The position numbers were made by a program, and so were the translations under genes. A DNA stretch of 32,000 nt from Candidatus Saccharimonadota bacterium (GTDB lineage: Bacteria; Patescibacteriota; Saccharimonadia; Saccharimonadales; UBA4665), in assembly GCA_963716945.1 (NCBI GenBank), contig OY970322.1, forward strand, positions 330,001 to 362,000. Direction: 5' to 3'. Positions 28,599 through 32,000 of the stretch are shown here, in pieces. Position 1 is the stretch's first letter, and each line of letters opens with the position of its first letter. The notes under the pieces were generated by a model. The model ran no database searches, was not told where the DNA came from, and worked only from the letters and a program-made list of their open reading frames with translations.

Positions 28599-29399
28599 AT
28601 GAGTTCAGGTATCGACGGTGGAGAAAACACGCCGGCAGCGGCTAACGAAACGGCCGTGTTCCAGGTCGGTACTTTAGTCGAGGACATGCAGTCGGGATTA
28701 ATGAGAATCCTTGGACTGGAGAAAGCCTTCGCCGCCCTGAGAGATTATCAGCAAAGACTTGTTGACCACACGGTTGACCTAGACGAAGCCCAAAAGTCCG
28801 TAGAAGAGCTTCAGGCGGCTTTACCGGAGGATGATACTCGGCCAAATCGACTATTCGAATTCCTGAACGACCTTAGCAGCGGGGCTACTTATAACACCGA
28901 CCGGGTTGGTAAGGTAGGCCACATGGCTATTTTATTAGGCGCCCAAGGCAAGACCATGGCCAGGGAACATCAGGCCTGGGCGGAAGGGCCCGTGCCTCAG
29001 GCGTGGCTGGGTAAGAGCGTAATTCTCCAGCGTCCGTCCGTAGACGCCATTCGGGAAGACCCCAACGTGCCTAATACCGGCCCTCTGTCCAGGTTACTAG
29101 AGAAGGGAAAGCCCTCCACGAAATATTACCCGGGCGGTGACCTGGGAGGACATAACGGCAAGCTCGAGGAGGTGTCGCTGGAGCAAAACGGCAGACTGGT
29201 CCTTAACCGGGGCGCCGAAGGCAATGAAATCATAGAGCTGTTCGAGGCGATCAAAGACCCTGCGACAGGGGAAATTACGCACTATCTACCGCGGGTCGCG
29301 GTCAAAGCATTAAGTCGGAGAGAGCGTGCCAAGCGAAAGGCAAGAAGCGCGGCGATTAAGCATATGATGCCTGAATTGCCGGAAGAAACTATTTCTTAG
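28599..29399 (+). CDS. Hypothetical protein (orphan) with a basic C-terminal tail
   Basis: The track start is TTG at 28545. I trimmed it to the ATG at 28599, which has GAGG 8 nt upstream. No TM segment or known motif. The region looks locally lower in GC by eye. The last 11 nt overlap the convergent rplT. Confidence 0.45.
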   Translation: MSSGIDGGENTPAAANETAVFQVGTLVEDMQSGLMRILGLEKAFAALRDYQQRLVDHTVDLDEAQKSVEELQAALPEDDTRPNRLFEFLNDLSSGATYNTDRVGKVGHMAILLGAQGKTMAREHQAWAEGPVPQAWLGKSVILQRPSVDAIREDPNVPNTGPLSRLLEKGKPSTKYYPGGDLGGHNGKLEEVSLEQNGRLVLNRGAEGNEIIELFEAIKDPATGEITHYLPRVAVKALSRRERAKRKARSAAIKHMMPELPEETIS

Positions 29400-29733
29400 C
29401 GGCTTTGACGACGGCCGTGAAGGCCTTGGGCTCGTTGATGGCCAGTTCGGCCAGGATCTTGCGGTCCAAGGTGATGTTGGCCTTCTTGAGCCCGGCAATC
29501 AGCTTGCTGTAAGTCGTGCCGTTCAAACGGGCGCCGGCGTTGATGCGCGTATTCCACAGCTCGCGGAAAGTCCGCTTGCGGTTCTTCCGGTCGCGGGTAG
29601 CGAACTGCAGCGATTTGGTCAAAGCCTGGCGGCCGCGTTTGACGCTGGCGCGGTTAGGGTGGCTGAAGCCTTTGGTGGCCTTGCGGATTTTCTTATGTTT
29701 GGCGTGGCCGGGCACGCCGCGTTTGACTCTCAT
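29389..29733 (-). CDS. rplT: 50S ribosomal protein L20
   Basis: MRVKRGVPGHAKHKKIRKATKGF...R.FRELWNTRINAGAR is a classic bL20 sequence. Confidence 0.95.
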   Translation of the reverse strand: MRVKRGVPGHAKHKKIRKATKGFSHPNRASVKRGRQALTKSLQFATRDRKNRKRTFRELWNTRINAGARLNGTTYSKLIAGLKKANITLDRKILAELAINEPKAFTAVVKAAKK

Positions 29734-29736
29734 CTG

Positions 29737-29931
29737 CTAAACTCCTAAATTCTTCTTAATGTTCCGGGCCATGGCGCCGGAACGGGTGCTCAGGCCGCGC
29801 AGCGAGCGCTTGCGGCTGCCGCTTTTCTTGCCGAGGAAGTGGTTCATGTTAGAGTGGCCGACCCGGACTTTGCCGTTCTTGCTCACTTTGACGCGGTCCT
29901 TGGTACCGCTATGCGTCTTCAGTTTGGGCAT
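29737..29931 (-). CDS. rpmI: 50S ribosomal protein L35
   Basis: MPKLKTHSGTKDRVKVSKNGKV is a classic bL35 sequence, and the infC-rpmI-rplT order is conserved. Confidence 0.9.
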   Translation of the reverse strand: MPKLKTHSGTKDRVKVSKNGKVRVGHSNMNHFLGKKSGSRKRSLRGLSTRSGAMARNIKKNLGV

Positions 29932-30481
29932 TGTTATCTCCTTCTTGTTTGGGCTGGTAGGCGACGGTGCCTTTGCCGCTGCTCCTGGCGACGAAGCTTA
30001 GTTGCCGGCCGGCTAATTGCGGCGGCTGGTCTACCACAATTGTATCACCGAAATCGTCAATTACCTTCTGGGCTATCTTAAAACCGATCTCCTTGTGGGC
30101 CTGTTCGCGCCCCCTGTAAACCAGCGTAATCTTGACCTTGTGTCCGGCTTCCAGGAACTTTGCCACCTTGCCCATCTTAATCGATAAGTCGTGGGCCCCG
30201 ATCTTGAGTCCGAAACGCATCTGCTTCATGTCGAGCGTCTTGGTCGTCTTGCGGTTTTTCTGCTGCTGCTTGGTCCGCTGGTAATTAAACTTGCCCCAAT
30301 CGACAATTTTGCATACCGGCGGATCGGCGTCAGGTGAAATTTCCACCAGGTCGAGGTCGCGCTCTTGCGCGAGTTGCAGGGCCTCCTGCTTGCTCAAGAT
30401 GCCTAACTGCTTGCCGTCTTCGTCGATGACGCGCAGCCGAGGCGCCCGAATCTGATCATTCAGGCGGGTGTATTTGGCGAT
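29909..30481 (-). CDS. infC: Translation initiation factor IF-3 with a non-canonical AUC start
   Basis: The track ORF starts at an internal TTG (30397). The frame stays open upstream, reading IAKYTRLNDQIRAPRLRVIDEDGKQLGI, which matches the IF-3 N-domain. An ATC at 30479-30481 has AAGGAG 8 nt upstream and an in-frame stop 4 codons further up. Confidence 0.85.
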   Translation of the reverse strand: MAKYTRLNDQIRAPRLRVIDEDGKQLGILSKQEALQLAQERDLDLVEISPDADPPVCKIVDWGKFNYQRTKQQQKNRKTTKTLDMKQMRFGLKIGAHDLSIKMGKVAKFLEAGHKVKITLVYRGREQAHKEIGFKIAQKVIDDFGDTIVVDQPPQLAGRQLSFVARSSGKGTVAYQPKQEGDNNAQTEDA

Positions 30482-30519
30482 AGGTCCGTCTCCTTACTTG
30501 TTGATTTCAAGGTATCAGC

Positions 30520-30548
30520 ATTCTAACAGATAGAATTCCAGAGGTCAA
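30520..30548 (-). promoter_or_regulatory. Promoter TTGACC-17-TAGAAT for infC-rpmI-rplT
   Basis: On the minus strand, the -35 is at 30543-30548 and the -10 at 30520-30525. Confidence 0.55.
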
Positions 30549-30556
30549 CAAATTGC

Positions 30557-32000
30557 TTAATCTTTTCGGCCTTGGGAGCGGTAGGCCAAAGCCTCGCCGA
30601 TATGGGCCGCCGTTATCGAATCCGAAAGCTCAAGGTCGGCGATCGTGCGGGCGACCTTGATGGTCCGCATGTAAGCCCTGGCCGAGAGCTTGAGCTGGCC
30701 GGCCGCGGCGTTCAGCAGCGACCCGGCTTCGGTATCGAGACAGGCGAAAGCCTTGATGTCGCGGTTGGCCATCCCGGCGTTGAGCCGGTGTCCGCCGTAG
30801 CGTTTGGCTTGCTGCCGCCGGGCCCGCCAAATGCGCTGCCGGACCGTCAGGTCGGCCGCCGGCCTGGCCTTTTGCGCCAGCAGCCGCTCATGCTGAACCT
30901 CGTGGACGCTGCAACAGAGGTCAATCCGGTCCAGGATCGGTCCGGAAAGCTTCTGTCGGTAGCGGACCAGTTCGTATGGCCGGCAGCCGCAAACGCTGCC
31001 GCTGGTGCCAGCCGGCACGCCATAGTAGCCGCAAGGGCAGGGGTTGGCTGTGGCTACCAAAATGAAATCGGCCGGGTAGTCGGCCGTCTCCTTGGCCCGG
31101 GCGACGCTGATAATACGGTCTTCAAGCGGTTGGCGCAGGGCCTCCAGCGTTTCACGCTGGAACTCCGGCAGCTCATCGAAGAAGAGCACGCCGCGGTGGG
31201 CCAGGCTGATCTCGCCGGGCCGCAGCCTGGCGCCGCCGCCGACGATGGCCGCGTGGCTGGCGCTATGGTGCGGCGTCCGGAAAGGCCGCTCGGTTACCAG
31301 CTGCTCGTAATCATGGCCGGCCAGGCTGTGCAGGTGGGTGACCTCCAGTATCTCTTCTCTGTTAAGGGGCGGCAGCAGGCCTTTCAGCGCCTTGGCCAGC
31401 ATGCTTTTGCCGGTGCCCGGCGGCCCGCTTAACAGGACGTTATGGCCGCCGGCAGCGGCGATTTCCAACGCCCGCTTGGCTTGGGCCTGACCGATGACTT
31501 CGCTTAATTGGACGCCGTTTTGGCCGGGTTTTGGCCGGGCCGGCCGGTATTTGCCCGAACCTGTCACGACCGGTTCTATAACCTGGCCGCCGTTTAGGTG
31601 GCCGTAAAGCTGTTGCAGGCTCCGGACCGGTATCAAATTAACCTTCGGCACCAGCTGGGCCTGTCCCAGGTTGGCCTCGGGTATATAGAAGGTGGTGACG
31701 GCCTTGGCCCGGCCGGACAGGACTTTGCCGATTATGCCCCTGACCGCCCGGGTCGAACCGTCCAGGCCCAGCTCGCCGATAAAGGCCTGGTGCTTGCCGG
31801 TTTCGCCGCTAAGTTGGCCGTCGGCCAGCAGGATGGCGACGGCTATGGCCAGGTCGAAGCCGCTATCTGCCTTGGGAATGTCGGCCGGCGCCAGATTAAC
31901 AGTGATGCGCTTACGAGGTAGCATTATATGGCTAGTCGCGAACGCACCCCTGATACGCTCCCGTGATTCGTCGACCGCCTTGTTGGCGAAGCCGACAATT
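30557..32000 (-). CDS. comM: Mg-chelatase-like AAA+ ATPase ComM/YifB, 5'-partial (runs off the window)
   Basis: RITVNLAPADIPKADSGFDLAIAVAIL (Lon-like N-domain), Walker A motif SGPPGTGKSML and GVLFFDELPEF. The frame stays open upstream of the track's ATG at 31924 (..IVGFANKAVDESRERIRGAFATSHI), which matches the family N-terminus. Confidence 0.85.
   Translation of the reverse strand, partial: IVGFANKAVDESRERIRGAFATSHIMLPRKRITVNLAPADIPKADSGFDLAIAVAILLADGQLSGETGKHQAFIGELGLDGSTRAVRGIIGKVLSGRAKAVTTFYIPEANLGQAQLVPKVNLIPVRSLQQLYGHLNGGQVIEPVVTGSGKYRPARPKPGQNGVQLSEVIGQAQAKRALEIAAAGGHNVLLSGPPGTGKSMLAKALKGLLPPLNREEILEVTHLHSLAGHDYEQLVTERPFRTPHHSASHAAIVGGGARLRPGEISLAHRGVLFFDELPEFQRETLEALRQPLEDRIISVARAKETADYPADFILVATANPCPCGYYGVPAGTSGSVCGCRPYELVRYRQKLSGPILDRIDLCCSVHEVQHERLLAQKARPAADLTVRQRIWRARRQQAKRYGGHRLNAGMANRDIKAFACLDTEAGSLLNAAAGQLKLSARAYMRTIKVARTIADLELSDSITAAHIGEALAYRSQGRKD

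Noticed and set aside
1-32000. CRISPR arrays, tandem repeats, IS elements, reverse transcriptases and known defence-system hallmarks
   Set aside because: Reading through the window I saw no regularly spaced direct repeats and no transposase, RT or nuclease-helicase signatures. The only exact repeat noticed is the 26-nt tRNA-Thr fragment.

Overview
GC-rich, gene-dense bacterial chromosomal segment, mostly housekeeping genes. Gene junctions are short or overlapping, and all four tRNAs encode their CCA. The content (prepilin signature, truncated ATP synthase epsilon, TGS-less ThrRS, many orphan proteins) fits a reduced-genome lineage such as CPR/Patescibacteria. That placement is an inference, not something the sequence shows directly. 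In order: (1) a surface-protein trio (10-3146). (2) An F-type ATP synthase operon on the minus strand (3182-9285) reading ORF293-atpF-atpH-atpA-atpG-atpD-atpC. It has no recognisable a or c subunit gene; the first gene instead encodes a signal-peptide protein ending in a TM-GRNP-TM hairpin. (3) A 37-codon prepilin-only ORF, then mscL. (4) Two back-to-back orphan genes. (5) A DipZ-like redox membrane protein, folB, tRNA-Thr, a duplicated tRNA 3' fragment and tRNA-Gly. (6) A glycan module: small membrane protein, GT2 synthase, PglC-like transferase. (7) nrdR with an NrdR-box-like palindrome on its start codon. (8) A roughly 960-nt non-coding RNA island holding tRNA-Val, two orphan promoter-terminator units and a T-box leader. 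(9) thrS, an Atl-like gene, miaA, a wHTH gene, an MBL-fold gene, rpmB, folK, folP and an M50 protease gene. (10) A structured untranslated segment, tRNA-Pro and three orphan genes, one with a Cys-His-Asp transglutaminase-like pattern. (11) A pterin dehydratase-RNase H fusion, RNase P RNA and another orphan. (12) rplT-rpmI-infC (AUC start) and a 5'-partial comM/yifB. No CRISPR array, transposase, integrase or reverse transcriptase was seen. Several track ORF starts were trimmed to internal starts supported by SD sequences or homology. Most long antisense track ORFs are shadow ORFs typical of GC-rich DNA.
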